This document shows positions 23,558-35,137 of a DNA stretch of 64,000 bases, one piece after another (within the stretch, counting starts at the first letter, position 1; each line of letters starts with the position of its first letter). The notes beneath the pieces were generated by a model that did not search any database, was not told where the DNA came from, and saw nothing but the letters and a program-made list of their open reading frames with translations. The DNA lies in assembly GCA_000708835.1 (NCBI GenBank), contig DF237311.1, positions 28,417 through 92,416 on the forward strand, given 5' to 3'. This stretch comes from Klebsormidium nitens. Lineage: Eukaryota > Plantae > Klebsormidiophyceae. Position numbers and translations under genes: made by a program.

Positions 23558-26500
23558 CCAAAGCCGAAGTCGGGCTGCGCGATCCAGGGGTGCGCGTCCG
23601 CGGCCAAGATGCAAGATACGGAGTTCTGCAGGGACTGCTCTCAACCCGTGCACAAGGAATGCGCGCGCGTGCAGCTGAAGAAGCTATACGGAGTGCCGCG
23701 GTACGACGGGGACGTGCTGTACTGCAGCGAACATATCGCCAAATTCAACTTCCGGAAGGTCAGTTGTTCTTTAACGGGCGGAAGGTGCGCTCTCGATCTG
23801 CCTGCATTCGCTTCAAGGGTCCGTGGCGAAGTTGCCTGCTCTCCTCTTTGATAGCTCCAGAGGTTCTCATCGAGTCAACTCTGATTAGAGGTCGGGGGAA
23901 GATCTTTAATCGAACACCCTGAAGTCTCTGAAACCTCGAGAGAGTCAGTTCTACCCTATCCTGACCCATCCAGATTTAGCTCAGAGACAAGCACGCAGCA
24001 GCCTGCCTAAGTTTCATGTGAGGGCGCGCGGCGAGTAATGTCCTGTTTTCAGTGAGAGCGTATTTACACCGGCTCAGTCTCTGGCTCACCAGCTGTTTTT
24101 ACTTCCTAACACCGTATCTACCTTATTAACCCGTCAGTGAAGGTTCCGGACATGTCAGCAGAATTTGCGGATATAGGACCTACCGTTCTGAGCTTTTCTT
24201 GACAAGGGTTTGAATGGCCTGCCCAGACCCGCTTCAAGGCGACCCGTTCTCTTGTATCTAAAACGGCGCCAAATAATCTAGCTCGGCCAGTCACAGCGTG
24301 CCACGTGTCACCGCTTAACACTCTCGAGTGCCCTTCCCGTGAGTCACAGAGCTAGATTTCACGGAGATGCCAAGCCGCGCGATAATTAAGTGTAATTTTG
24401 GTCCGAGTCACGTCTCTCTAGCGACAAATCTTTAGCACTACACACATACTTTACTTCCTTTTGCAGGGGCTCGGCGGCAAGTGCGCGCTCCCGAGTTGCG
24501 ACAAGGCGGGCAACATGACCCAGCACTGCTGCAAGACCTGCCAGGCGCCGATGCACAACCTTTGCTACCAGAATTTCCTACGCCAGGAGTATGGGAAGGA
24601 GGACTTCGACGGCGGCGCCTACTTCTGCAAGGTCCACGCAGGTGCTTTGGGCTTGAAGAAGGTAAACGCGCGACACTGCTCTGTTGCTCTTAACAGGATC
24701 CCCTTGTTTGTGTCCGCTCGCATCGGGGTTTTAGAGCGCGCGGCGCGCGCGCGTTGCATAGCAGTTGTCGGGATTTTAATCTAGGGTGCGCGCGCGACAG
24801 GAGAAAGAATAGACTTCAGTGGGCGCGCGCGCCCGGCCTCGAATAAGCGAATTTTATCCAAGCTCTGCTTCGGTGCGATTGTACCTCTTTTGTGATCTGT
24901 GCGTCTAAAATCCGCCGTTGGAAGTGCGCCAGAAAACACCCTAAAGCCATCTCTTGTCGATGTTCTGGTGTTCACTGAACTTTCCCAGCCCCCGGGTCGT
25001 TTTCGTATTGCTTCTTCTTGGCCCCTTCTTGCTGTGTGGTCGGGTGTATAATCATTCGTGACTTCACGATCAGCAGAGAATCTTCTGAATCGATCTCGCT
25101 TCCGTCTTTCCAGCTGACGACAGCATCCACGTCATCAACGGGAGTATGCGCGGAGACGCTCCTGGGCCTGTCGGAGCAGGAGGTTGATTTGCCGGTGAAG
25201 AAGCGGTCTGGGGAAAGCGGGGACGCCGGCGAGGAGCAGCAGAAGAAGCGGAAGGGGGGTGGGGACAGCATGAAGCAGGACAAGAAGAAGCGCAAAACTG
25301 GCCCGGAAGCGGAGAAGACGGACGGGGATGACGGGAAGGACAGCAAGACAGAGGAGGGGGGAAAGTCAGGGAAGGACGGAAAGGGGGGGAAAGGCGACAA
25401 ACCCAGGAAGGAGCTCACGTCAGCGGAGCCAGAAACCGACCCACCCACGGAGCCGGTCGAGGACTCTGCGGCGCCGCGGCAGAGCATGCGCAAGGCGGTA
25501 AAGTATACGCTCATATGGAATGCCAGCCATGTGGTTCCGGACAAGTCAGTGGGGAAGAAGGGGGAGAAGCGGGCAAACGGGGGCGAAAAGGCCAAAAAGG
25601 GCAAGAAGAAGCGGAAGACGGCGGCCCCGGAGGACAGCGAAGATGAGATGAGCCTCGAGGGAAGCGCCGCGGAGTCCTCTGAGGAGGAGTCAGACGCCGA
25701 GGCGCAGACGGACCTGCCAAAGAACGGCGACTTCGAGGACCGGGACGAGAAGCTCTCGCCGGCGATGCGAAACAAGTATGAGATGATCTGCATGAAGGGC
25801 CTGGATGTGACCCAGTCTTACAAGGTAAGAAAAGCATCTTATTTGAGGAGCCGCAACTCGACAACGGCCGGGTTGAATTGCTTTCACTGCTTTCAAATGC
25901 CACGCCAGCGGTCACCATCTGCGAAGAGCTTGGCGGTACATTATCATTACCATTAGTACCGCACATATGTTTTCAGCGGGCTGTCGTCCGCGCTTGTATC
26001 GCTTGTTAGGGGGATAACTGAGTCAAACGGAGGTTACTGACCAGATTGTGGTGGGGCTAGGTCGGGGTTAGGGCTGGTGTTAGCGGAGGCAGGGTTTTGC
26101 TTTTCTGTGTCCCTGATTATCGAGGTTTGAGAGCAAATAAAGTGGCTTACCGTCTGGTCGACAACTCTGCCGGACGATTGTCGTTCAGAGAAGTTCCTCA
26201 GAGACGTGCATTCGTGTGTTCTTATGATCCCAACCATTTCCTCGCTCGGCACACCAGTGCACGCGACACTCACAGTCTCTTCCAGTCGGCATGCTTTGAT
26301 TCTCCGTTGCGCCCATTCTTGCCATAAACACCTGAATCTCGAGGGTTCAAGAAAGATTGCTGTTTGCTGACGTTTACTTTTGTATTCGCAGCTGAGCACG
26401 GATACCCTCGTTAGCGCGATCAAGAAGCTCCAGATTCCGCACGTGTCCAAGAATCGCGAGCTGCCTGATCTGCCCCTCGAGTACCTGCTCAAGCTGCTGG

Positions 26501-26604
26501 CGGAGGGGCTCATCGACAAAAAGAAGATCGTGATCAAGGGCAACAGGTGGAGGGAGGACGCGACAGAGCTGCGCAAGTCGGACATCAGTCGACCTTTTTG
26601 TTAA
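23558..26604 (+). CDS. Transposon cargo with two PHD-like zinc fingers and a Lys/Glu/Asp-rich region; exons 23558-23758, 24467-24661, 25114-25824, 26392-26604, 5' end unresolved
   Basis: Two exons each encode C-x4-C-x10/11-C-x2-C-x4-H-x2-C-x20-C-x2-H. All four exons join in phase 0 with good GT/AG sites. The third exon has multiple basic NLS-like clusters (KKRKGG, KKKRKT). Confidence 0.7.
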
Positions 26605-26761
26605 GACTCCGGGTGAGTCACTTATACGAAGAAGGGTCCTCACTCTAGCGTGTGAGAACGGGAAAACCTGGTATTCAGAATTGATTTGAAGACATTCCTG
26701 AAATGAGACCAGACCAGCAGTGTCGATCGACGAAGTTCCCGCGAAAACAGTCGTGTCAGCG

Positions 26762-26878
26762 TAGCGCGCGCGCGGAGTTTGTACAGGCCGTCCCGCGCGC
26801 GCGGGGTTTCTGTCGGCGTCCCGCGCGCGCGGGGTTTGTGTCGGCGTCGCGCGCGCGCTCGCGCCAGCCGGGGTTTTG
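26762..26878. repeat. 28-bp tandem repeat (GTCCCGCGCGCGCGGGGTTT[CG]TGTCGGC) x~3.5
   Basis: Directly visible. It shares a CGCGCG(A/G)GGTTT core with the 12610-12890 array. Confidence 0.8.
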
Positions 26879-27603
26879 AATATACTGCTATCATCTCCTC
26901 ATTACAACAATCCGTGGTTACTCGGGCACCGCGCGGGAAGGTTGGGACTTCGGTACTGCTGCGATTTTTTCTTTGTTTCGCGCTTGAGCCATTCTATAAA
27001 CGTGGTTCAACGGTCTGACAGCGACAGAGGGCAGTAATTCGAGGCGCCTAGGTGCTTAGCGATACTCAGGCATCGCTCGTCTCACAAGGGCGGAGCACTT
27101 CGCGGATCAAAGCACAGTCATCTAAAACTACTGCCTTATGTGCCCAGGAAACGAGCAGGCCAGGTTTGCAGCGAGACAGACATGCAGCGCGCAGGCGAAA
27201 TATCGTGTCGATATCAAACGAAAACCTTTTTTCGCGTCGGGCATCAATCCTCTCATCCATTCGTTCTTCCGTGCATGCAGATGTACAACGGCGTAGCGCA
27301 TCAACATGAAGCTCACAGGCAGTTCAAGGCTTCCAAGAGCGTGGTAGATAGGCATCAGCTTACGCGTCAGCTGCGGCCAACGAGAAGCAGGACACATTGA
27401 GATACAAGGATATTTTCGTCGCATCCAGGTTGGAGGCCAATAGATGCAGAAAGAGCTTAGTTGTACGGGCAAGACTGAGCAAGGATACTGAGTCTCAGGC
27501 TTAGAGGTTGCTGTAACTCCTTATGACTGCTTCGATATTGATTGATCTTTCTTAGAACTCTCTTTTCGACGTCTTCCTGCTCTTCTCTATGCGCCAGCAT
27601 GTC

Positions 27604-27938
27604 CCTGCCCGCTCATGTACGATGAGTTTGCCCGGTCTAATTGCCCAGCCACTTGCCCGCACATGTGAATGCGTTCCCCGGCGTTGCTGCCCTCCCTTGA
27701 GCGCAAGCTGCCCGGTTGTACTGCCCGCTCTTGAGCGCGAGCTGCCCGTTTGTGCTGCCCGGTTTTCGTTCGCGCTGCACGGAGATACGGGTAACCCCTG
27801 CCCGCTCGTGCTGCCCGGCCACGATCACCGGTCAAACGGCCCGCTGCCCGGATTTCGGCCGATGACCGGGCAGGAGGCCGGGGAACGCGCTGCCCGGTGA
27901 GCTGCCCGTTAACGGGCAAACCGGTGTTCCTCCCTGTG
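27604..27938. repeat. Right subterminal TGCCC(G)G array plus right TIR
   Basis: More than 12 copies of (C/T)TGCCCG(G), ending in CGGGCAAACCGGTGTTCCTCCCTGTG. Confidence 0.85.
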
Positions 27939-28541
27939 GTGGAGACCGCGTTGAGCTCTTGCTATAAACTGGTGCCTGTCAAGCTTTCCCTTGGGATAAA
28001 TGTCGAGGATCTTAATTACGCAATGGTGCTCGCAGCTATTCCAATGGTGGGGATACCCGCCCTTTGCTTTGCTTACGTCGCGCTCGATGACCTTCTCTTC
28101 AAAGCCCCGCTGCCCGACCCTGGCAGCCTCAACGCCTTTCTCCAATCAAGCGGCCAGAACGTAACGCTCAGCCTCTGTACCATCAGGGACGCGTTTCAGG
28201 TCTATCTCGGTTTCTCAGACAGCTGCGACCAGGTTTTGGAGTCTCGCTATCCAGAAGCTGGCGCCTCCTTCGTGGAAATAAGGAAATACACCAAAAGACA
28301 GGCTTACAGCCATGGCTGGGAGCTAAGTGTTATCCTTTGTTTTGCTGGCATAATCTCATGCTACTCCTGGGTGCTTGCTTTCGGAGGCCTGCTTTACTAC
28401 TTAGGGGGAACCGTACGCCTGCTTTGCTGTCAGCGACCTCAGGCCAAAGTGCACGATGTCGAGATGCAGGACGCTGCACTTTTAGATGATGACGACGGTA
28501 GTGACGGACTTGGTAGTGGGTCAGATCTGGAAGATTCTTGA
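27939..28541 (+). pseudogene. Family-B (LPDP membrane protein) copy B1, C-terminal half only, directly abutting the transposon right end
   Basis: Encodes TM-APLPDPGSLNAFLQSSGQNVTLSLCTIRDAFQVYLGFSDSC-TM-CCQRPQAKVHDVEMQDAA, closest to B4. The reading frame begins at the TSD GTG. Confidence 0.8.
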
Positions 28542-29948
28542 CGCGGGTGCTTACGAAACCTGAACGCGGAACTGGGTAAGGCCTCGTAAGGAAGCATGGT
28601 GGGTGAGAGCCAAAGTGACAGGTAAAAGAATAAACAAAGGTGCAAGCAAGGAGTTACAAGTGAAGAAAAAGAGCTCCCAAGCTACCGGTTTTCAAGAGCG
28701 TTGCATAGAAAGAAAACATGAGATGCAGCGATAATTTGGGCTCGAGCGAAAAGACTATCGTGAGGATACTTTCTACTGAGGTACATTCAATTTGATTCTG
28801 GATGCATCTAGTCAACACGTTTAATCTGTAATACACCAACTAGTTTTCGAAGGCTATCACGAGTTTTGGTTTTTCTGGGACCCTTTCGCTGCCATCCAAT
28901 CGTCACCTAGCTCATTTCGTACTAAAAGTATATTCGTATTATGGTGCTTCATTATTCTTGCCCGCTAAGCAAGAGGTGTAATCGAAGGTAGTAAACCATA
29001 CATAGGCTCCTAAAGTAACCTTATGCGCTATTGTCCCTGACGTTCTATGTCCTGTACATTTTCTGCACTCAATACTTCGAAGTCTAAGTAGCATGCTTGA
29101 TGTGGGCGTCTCCACTTTTAAACGATCCAATTGGTTCCAAAAGTCGTTGTTGCTGCAGAGGTAAAACATTCTTCGTTTCATGCTCATGCGGTCTGGTGCA
29201 AAATCTTCTCAATCATGGGCAGCTGTATTTTTGCGCGCAATGAGTTGGTCAATTCAGGACTGTTTATGCCATCCCTGCCGAGTCGCGGGAGTTCGAACTC
29301 AATACCACGATGTCCGTTCTCTTGCATTTTGACGTTAATCCAGAAATGAAACCGATTCCAGGATGTAACGAAACCGACGCAAGCATCTCAAAGGCAGAAC
29401 CCACATTCAACGGACACTAAGCTTTCGAATTCGAATGGAACTCTTTAACTCTCCCGGCTGGCGCTCGCCAATGGTTTCACGTAAGAACTTAAATTGTGTA
29501 TGCCATACAGTATGGGCTTCTTGAAGGGTAGAGTCACCGCTTTCTTCCTGGACTGCAGCCTTCGCTAAACATGGGAACGACGTTGACCTGTTAACGTGGA
29601 TCTATATCCAGATATGGGGCCGGACGCGCTCGCGCCGCGGCGCGCGGCAGGGTAAGCAAAAGCCGCGCACGCCGGCGCATCGGGGGTCGCGAAGGGCCAC
29701 CGGGCGGACGTATCCGAGCGGACGCATAACCGTGACGGTCGGACGTCTTTCTGCGCGGCCGCCACGCGCAGGCCGCCCTCTTCGTCCTTCCAAAGCCTTT
29801 TCAATCCTAAGCTGGGCCAAACCATTCAGCGAACGCGAACGCGAACGCGCGACACGCGAACTTCAGCATCTAACGCGCTGCTTACTTGCCATAGATCAAA
29901 GAAGCGGCTGGACGTACATCCTAAGACTTTAGCTGCGGTGAGGAAAGG

Positions 29949-30958
29949 ATGACGGCCTTCAAGGCTTCTGGCGTGTCACTTTGGGCTGCCAGCATTTTGG
30001 CCATTCTCTTGGCGTTTGTTCAACAAAGCGAGGCTGCAAACTTTACCGTGGAAGTGACACTTGTTCACATGAAGGTCAACGGCACCACCAGCTTGCCTGA
30101 CCCAGGTCCCCTAAACGACTTTCTCCGGCAAAACGAGAGTTTGTTCAACCAATTATTTCCAGACCCTCAGCCCCCCTTGCAGCTGCAGAAATGCAACGCA
30201 ACCATATACCAGATCAACGCGTTTGAATTTTACACGCTCCAGCATCCGAGGGGGTGCGAGAGCGCACCGGGGCTCGCTAAGGATCCTGCGCAAGAGAGAA
30301 TGGTGCGCAAGTATGACAAGATTGTGGGAATCTGGGCAGTGGCCGTGTTGGCTTTGGTGATCCTCCTAGGCTGCGTGTGGCTGGTTAGCCCAAAGTTCGC
30401 TGCAGGCGTTTGCCAGTGCCTCGGAAAGATGCTAGTGCCCCCCCGTTATGGTAACCCTCAGTATAATGAAATCTGGGTGCTCGGTTTCTGCTTCCTCTTC
30501 TTATGCACCACGCTGCTTGGCTGGTTTGCAAGCTTCATCACGGGCATAGTTGTGTACGGCGCATTCATTGGCGTCAAGCACTTAGACCCAGCGAAGCTAC
30601 CTGACCCAGCTAGCCTTAACCAATTCTTTTTAAACAGAAACCAAACCGCCACCCTCTACCAGTGCACAATCCGAGACATGTTCGAGGTTTACGTTGGGTT
30701 TGCTGACAGCTGCAATCAGTTGCAGAGCTGCATTTACCCGGGAGTGGCACGCAAGGATGGGCCACCCCCTTTCGCTCACGGAGGCGGAGTAACCTTCGTA
30801 ATGATGATGGCATCAGTAATCACTTACGCATCCTTTCGGGGACTCTCTACTGTTGCTGCTGTTGCTGGCCGATTACTAAGAGCACCAGGAAGGTCTTTCG
30901 CGAGCGCAAGCAGGTGCGGAGTGTCGAGTTGCGGGCTCCAGATGGGTCCGCAGTGTAG
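29949..30958 (+). pseudogene. Family-B copy B2, full-length but frameshifted near the C-terminus (~30835-30841)
   Basis: Signal peptide, two LPDP repeats and TMs. The family-typical tail TLYCCCCCWPITKSTRKVFRERKQVRSVELRAPDGSAV* lies in a different frame ending at 30958, while the annotated ORF runs on to 31004 in an unrelated frame. Confidence 0.75.
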
Positions 30959-33290
30959 GCCGGATAGATCAGGAAAAGCGCTCTCTTTCGTCCTCTTACG
31001 TTAATAGCGTAAGTTTCAAGAACGGCTTGCAGTTAAGGCGTTACGTATTCACGTCAGAAGTAGATTTGCTTCAGACCGGTCATGACCTCTCGGAAACGAG
31101 TCGTAAGAACAGAGTGCAATGAAGTGAGCTTTGGCAGCATACAGGCATGATTACTTAACTTGAGTCTTGATTATTGAGGCGAGAGATCAACGCTAGAAAA
31201 GCGAGGTGAGTCATGAAAACAGAAGCGCTTCTGTGCGCTTTCTTTTAAAAGCCGTACGCTAAGCATTACCATCAGATTGGGTACATCATGTATACTTCTA
31301 GGTTCGAGTCTGTAGGAAGAAGTAGCAGTCCGGTTTGCGTGGCGGTCTTTGGGCCCTTGTCAAGCGTGTACAACATAAATGCCTGGCGCGTTTGGAGTTG
31401 CTATCTGTTTATGTAAGCTTTGATCATTCAAATTCATGCAATCAAGCAAAGGGCTTTGACACACTCATCCCTACCCAATGGCGATCAAAGTGTTTCGCTT
31501 ATCGTATTATGAGGTGAGGGGCTCTTGGGCTATGAGCTACTACTCCTTGAGTCGTGAAAAAGCTATGACTGCTCATGTGGTTTTGATTGCGCCACGTCTC
31601 ACAACAGCTTCACGTTCCGGCTGTTTCCTGATAAGCACTCATGAATGTAATGGTATTGAGAAAGGCTCTGAATAGCTTCGAGAACAGGATGATGCTTAGA
31701 ACAAGTCCACATGCTTCGTAGGGTGGTTGTAGACTGGCGCCACCACCCAAATGCAAACCTGCTACTAAGGCTCTTTACTTGGACTCGATACTTCTCTACA
31801 TCAAACTAAAAAGCGTCAAAGTCAAAGTCATTCAAACACCAGGAAGATAACAGAATTGCATCTACAGGTTTCGCACACGCCGATCATCATGAACGCATCA
31901 TGCAGCAGAATCAGAAACGTGTATGCTTATAACGCTTGGGTAAGGTTTCACCACAGCTTTATCGAACCCTGATTCTCCAGAGCCTTTTACTTTGCAGAAA
32001 CTTGATCCGTATTAGCAGATCCCGCTGTTATTGCCGTTTGCCAAGAACGGGTCCGAAAGGCAACAGCTTAATCCATTTGTCAAACGAATTGCCGTTCAAT
32101 GTTTCTGCCGCACGCCAATACAGTGAGAGCAGTGGTCCTCCAGTTCAGACTCCATTAGAGCTTCGAAACCTCCTCAAAGCTTGCGTAAATCTGTGGAAGT
32201 TTGAGTGGTAGCTTAAATGGGTCGCCCAGCTGCGCTTGTCGGAACTTTCTCATGAATTGTTCTAGTGGCCGGTTGTACCAATAGTCTGAAGAGAGCGGGG
32301 GAGAGCCACGCCATCACGTACGTCCTGAAACGCTGATAAGATCTGGGGCTCGATTTCAAAGATCTGACAAGACGGGCTTTCACAAAAACGCCGGGTTCTC
32401 AATTTCAGTATGAGGTTCCGAAAGTCACAGCAACAAAATATATCTTCAGACGTTCTGCTGTTCTGCTGACTGAGAAGTGGCCTGCAAGGGAATAGAGGGT
32501 TCCAACGCGCGAATGGTAAGGATCCTTGCAGAATGCTCAAGCCCAGCGCGCGCGCGAGCTCGGCGTGCTCGTGGCGGCCAGCGCATCGGCCCTTGGATGC
32601 GCGGCCGCAGGTCGCGCAGGGTTTAGGAGCCTTCAAATCCACCCCGCCGCGTGCTAGCACAGAAAGATAGAAAGTGCGACCGCGACGCCACAGAACGCGG
32701 CCACTCTCTGCTCAGCGGGGAGGCGCAAGGGAAGGCGGTCTTACTAATCATTAGTAAGAGCAAACCGGCAAACAGCCTTGGCGGCCGCTCGAGCAGGGCC
32801 CCGGGGGGGTAAACGGCTGGAAACGGCCACCCCCAGGAAAGTGAAGGCGGTGCAAAGCATGTTAAACTTCCATACTGCGACCGGACAGCAGAGAAGCAGC
32901 CCGGACGGCGGTGACGTCAGCCAGGAAGCGATGGTGCGTCAGCTGGAGGAAACGGAGGTGAGCCGTTGATCGGAAGAGCGTTAAGCACGATACCATATTT
33001 TCCCGATTCACTGGAAACAAAAGTGTGGCGGGGTTTGCCAGATGCACGTTTTGTTATTCTTGTCCAAAACAGACGAAATGTATAACGCGGCCTCTCTCAG
33101 GGGCGGAAACCGTTCCTGAGCGCGAACTTGTGTCCGATCAACAACCTGATTTCAAACCTGAGATATCCATTTTTGCCAGGAATCTCCACACAATGGAGAT
33201 TGTCCTTCATCAGAAACCCCTCGGAAGCGCCATGTAGGTAGGATGTCCCCAAAACTTTGCTCGAGCGAAACCCACCGAAACACATCACAG

Positions 33291-33462
33291 GATTCGAAGC
33301 GCCCGGCAAAGGCCTCGCACAAGCCGCGGTACACGTGGCGGTCCCCTCGGAACACCCGCGAGTACGACGACTCGAACGCGGACAGGGCCTCCACGGCGGC
33401 GCACGGGCTGCTTCAGAGTGCGGCGGGAGGTCGGCGTGGGGCGCTTCTCCTCCGTCTACCAG
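33291..33462 (+). pseudogene. Frameshifted fragment of a protein kinase N-lobe (CK2-alpha-like)
   Basis: Exon bounded by cAG/GTGCGC. Deleting one G at 33405-33407 gives REYDDSNADRASTAAHGCFRVRREVGVGRFSSVYQ, which aligns without gaps to the CK2-alpha start as I recall it ([35 protein letters not shown]). No later kinase subdomains were found. Confidence 0.45.
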
Positions 33463-33464
33463 GT

Positions 33465-33486
33465 GCGCGCGCGCGCGCGCGCGCGC
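33465..33486. repeat. (GC)11 alternating purine-pyrimidine tract (Z-DNA-prone)
   Basis: Directly visible, immediately after a GT donor. Confidence 0.85.
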
Positions 33487-34098
33487 GGCTGCTGTGATGC
33501 CTCTCTCAGTTTCATCTCTGTATGTGGATATCCAAAGGACGCTTTGTACACTGTCTGCCTTTTCAAGGTTGTCCGCCTGTTATTGTCCCTTCTTTAGTTC
33601 TTTTTTGTTTCTACTTTCGAGAGGGCGATACTCGGACGCTTACCATGAGGTGCGCGCGCACGCGGCGCTGCGGCGTTGAGTTCGCCAGACCTTAACGCGC
33701 GAACCTACTCTGCAGACCTTTCAAAAAAGCTGAGCAGTCTCAGTCTGAGAGACGCACCGTAGAGACGACGTGATACCAGCTGTCGCCCTGAATGGGCTGG
33801 TGTTGCGCACTACACCTGTCCATTTTTAGTCATTACACTTGTCGACAGGCGGGCGCGCGCACCGCGGCCCCCACGCGGATATGCGACGGAAGCGCGGTCG
33901 CTCTCCACAGCTCATCCGAGCCGGAAGGACGCGCCGTAATGACTTGTTATAACCGGCCTTCAACCGGAGCGTCACAAACTTGAACCTCTAGCATTGCAGC
34001 AAGCTCGCGAAGCACCGAAGCTGGACAAAAGCGGGTAGCGCCTGAACGTCCAAATCACAGGTCGAAAGCGCCACAAAGAAGACTCGTCCTGGGCAGCC

Positions 34099-35137
34099 AT
34101 GGCGACTTTCAGACACGGCAGCTGCTCCTTCCCAATGAAGATCTGCCTTCTCCTCCTCGCTGGTGCGTTTGTTTCCACCGGGGAGGCCGCTGACATCACT
34201 GTGGAGGTGGCGCTTGTTCACATAGAGGTGAACGGAACGACCAGCCTGCCGGACCCAGGTCTCCTCAACGACTTTCTTCGAGAGGACGCGAGTTTGTTCA
34301 ACCCTCTCATTCCAGACCACCCCCCATTCCAGCTGCAAAGGTGCGGCTCGCGTCTGTTTGAGACTCCTTTCGACTTCTACACGATCCAGCATCCGGGGGG
34401 ATGCGCGCGCGCGCCGGGGCTGTTGAGAAACCGGGAGAGAGACAGGGCGCTGCATACTTTTGACATGGTCGTATGGATCTGGGCGGCGGTTGTTCTGGGG
34501 CTGATTATCCTTGCCTGCGTAGGCTGCTGCGTGAACAAACCGTTTGCAACGGTTGCGGGGAATTACTTCGGCCAGCCGACAATCCCTGACCGCGAGTCAT
34601 TATGCTCCCCTGGGCCTTCAGTGGGCAATTGCACGGCCTTTTCCCTGCTCGTCGGCGTGGCTTTTGGCGCAGCTTTGTATGCGATAATCAGTCACCAGTA
34701 CCTGAACATGGTAAAGCTCCCCGACCCGGCGCCGATCAACCACGTACGTCTTCGCTTCCCACGGTTACAACACCACCCTTTACCAGTGCTCGATCAAGGA
34801 GAGATTCCAGGTCTACATCGGCTTCGCAGAGAGCTGCGACCAAGTCCAGAACTACACCTACCCGGAAGTGAAACCGATGTCGGAGTTCAACCCACCCCTA
34901 GTTCACGGACCGGGTTTCACCACGCTCATGTGCTTCGCCTCCGGAGTTACTTTTTCTTCGTGGACCCTGCTGGTCCTACTAGCGCTCTCCTTCTGCTGCT
35001 GTGGAGGGGCCAATTGCTCATTTCCCGAGGACCCAGATGAAGGCCTGGATGACATAGCGAGGTTCCGAAAGCTGCAAGGACTCAATCCGGACGGGAGCCC
35101 TAAATTCGAGGTTTACAAAGGAAATCTGGGCGTGTAA
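34099..35137 (+). pseudogene. Family-B copy B3, frameshifted by a 4-bp duplication (ACGT ACGT, 34742-34749)
   Basis: Removing 4 bp restores LPDPAPINHVFASHGYNTTLYQCSIKERFQVYIGFAESC...FCCCGG...*, colinear with intact copies. Confidence 0.85.

Larger units (their letters stand above)
5772..27938. mobile_element. Complete 22,167-bp CACTA/EnSpm (CMC)-superfamily DNA transposon with CACAG termini
   Basis: Perfect 26-bp TIR CACAGGGAGGAACACCGGTTTGCCCG (5772-5797) with its reverse complement at 27913-27938. The 3-bp TSD GTG flanks both ends (5769-5771, 27939-27941). Subterminal TGCCCGG arrays at both ends and an internal En/Spm Tnp2-like transposase are present. Confidence 0.93.

Noticed and set aside
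27897-27938. N-terminus MSCPLTGKPVFLP of ORF 27897-28541
   Set aside because: Encoded by the transposon's right TIR, not by the host gene.
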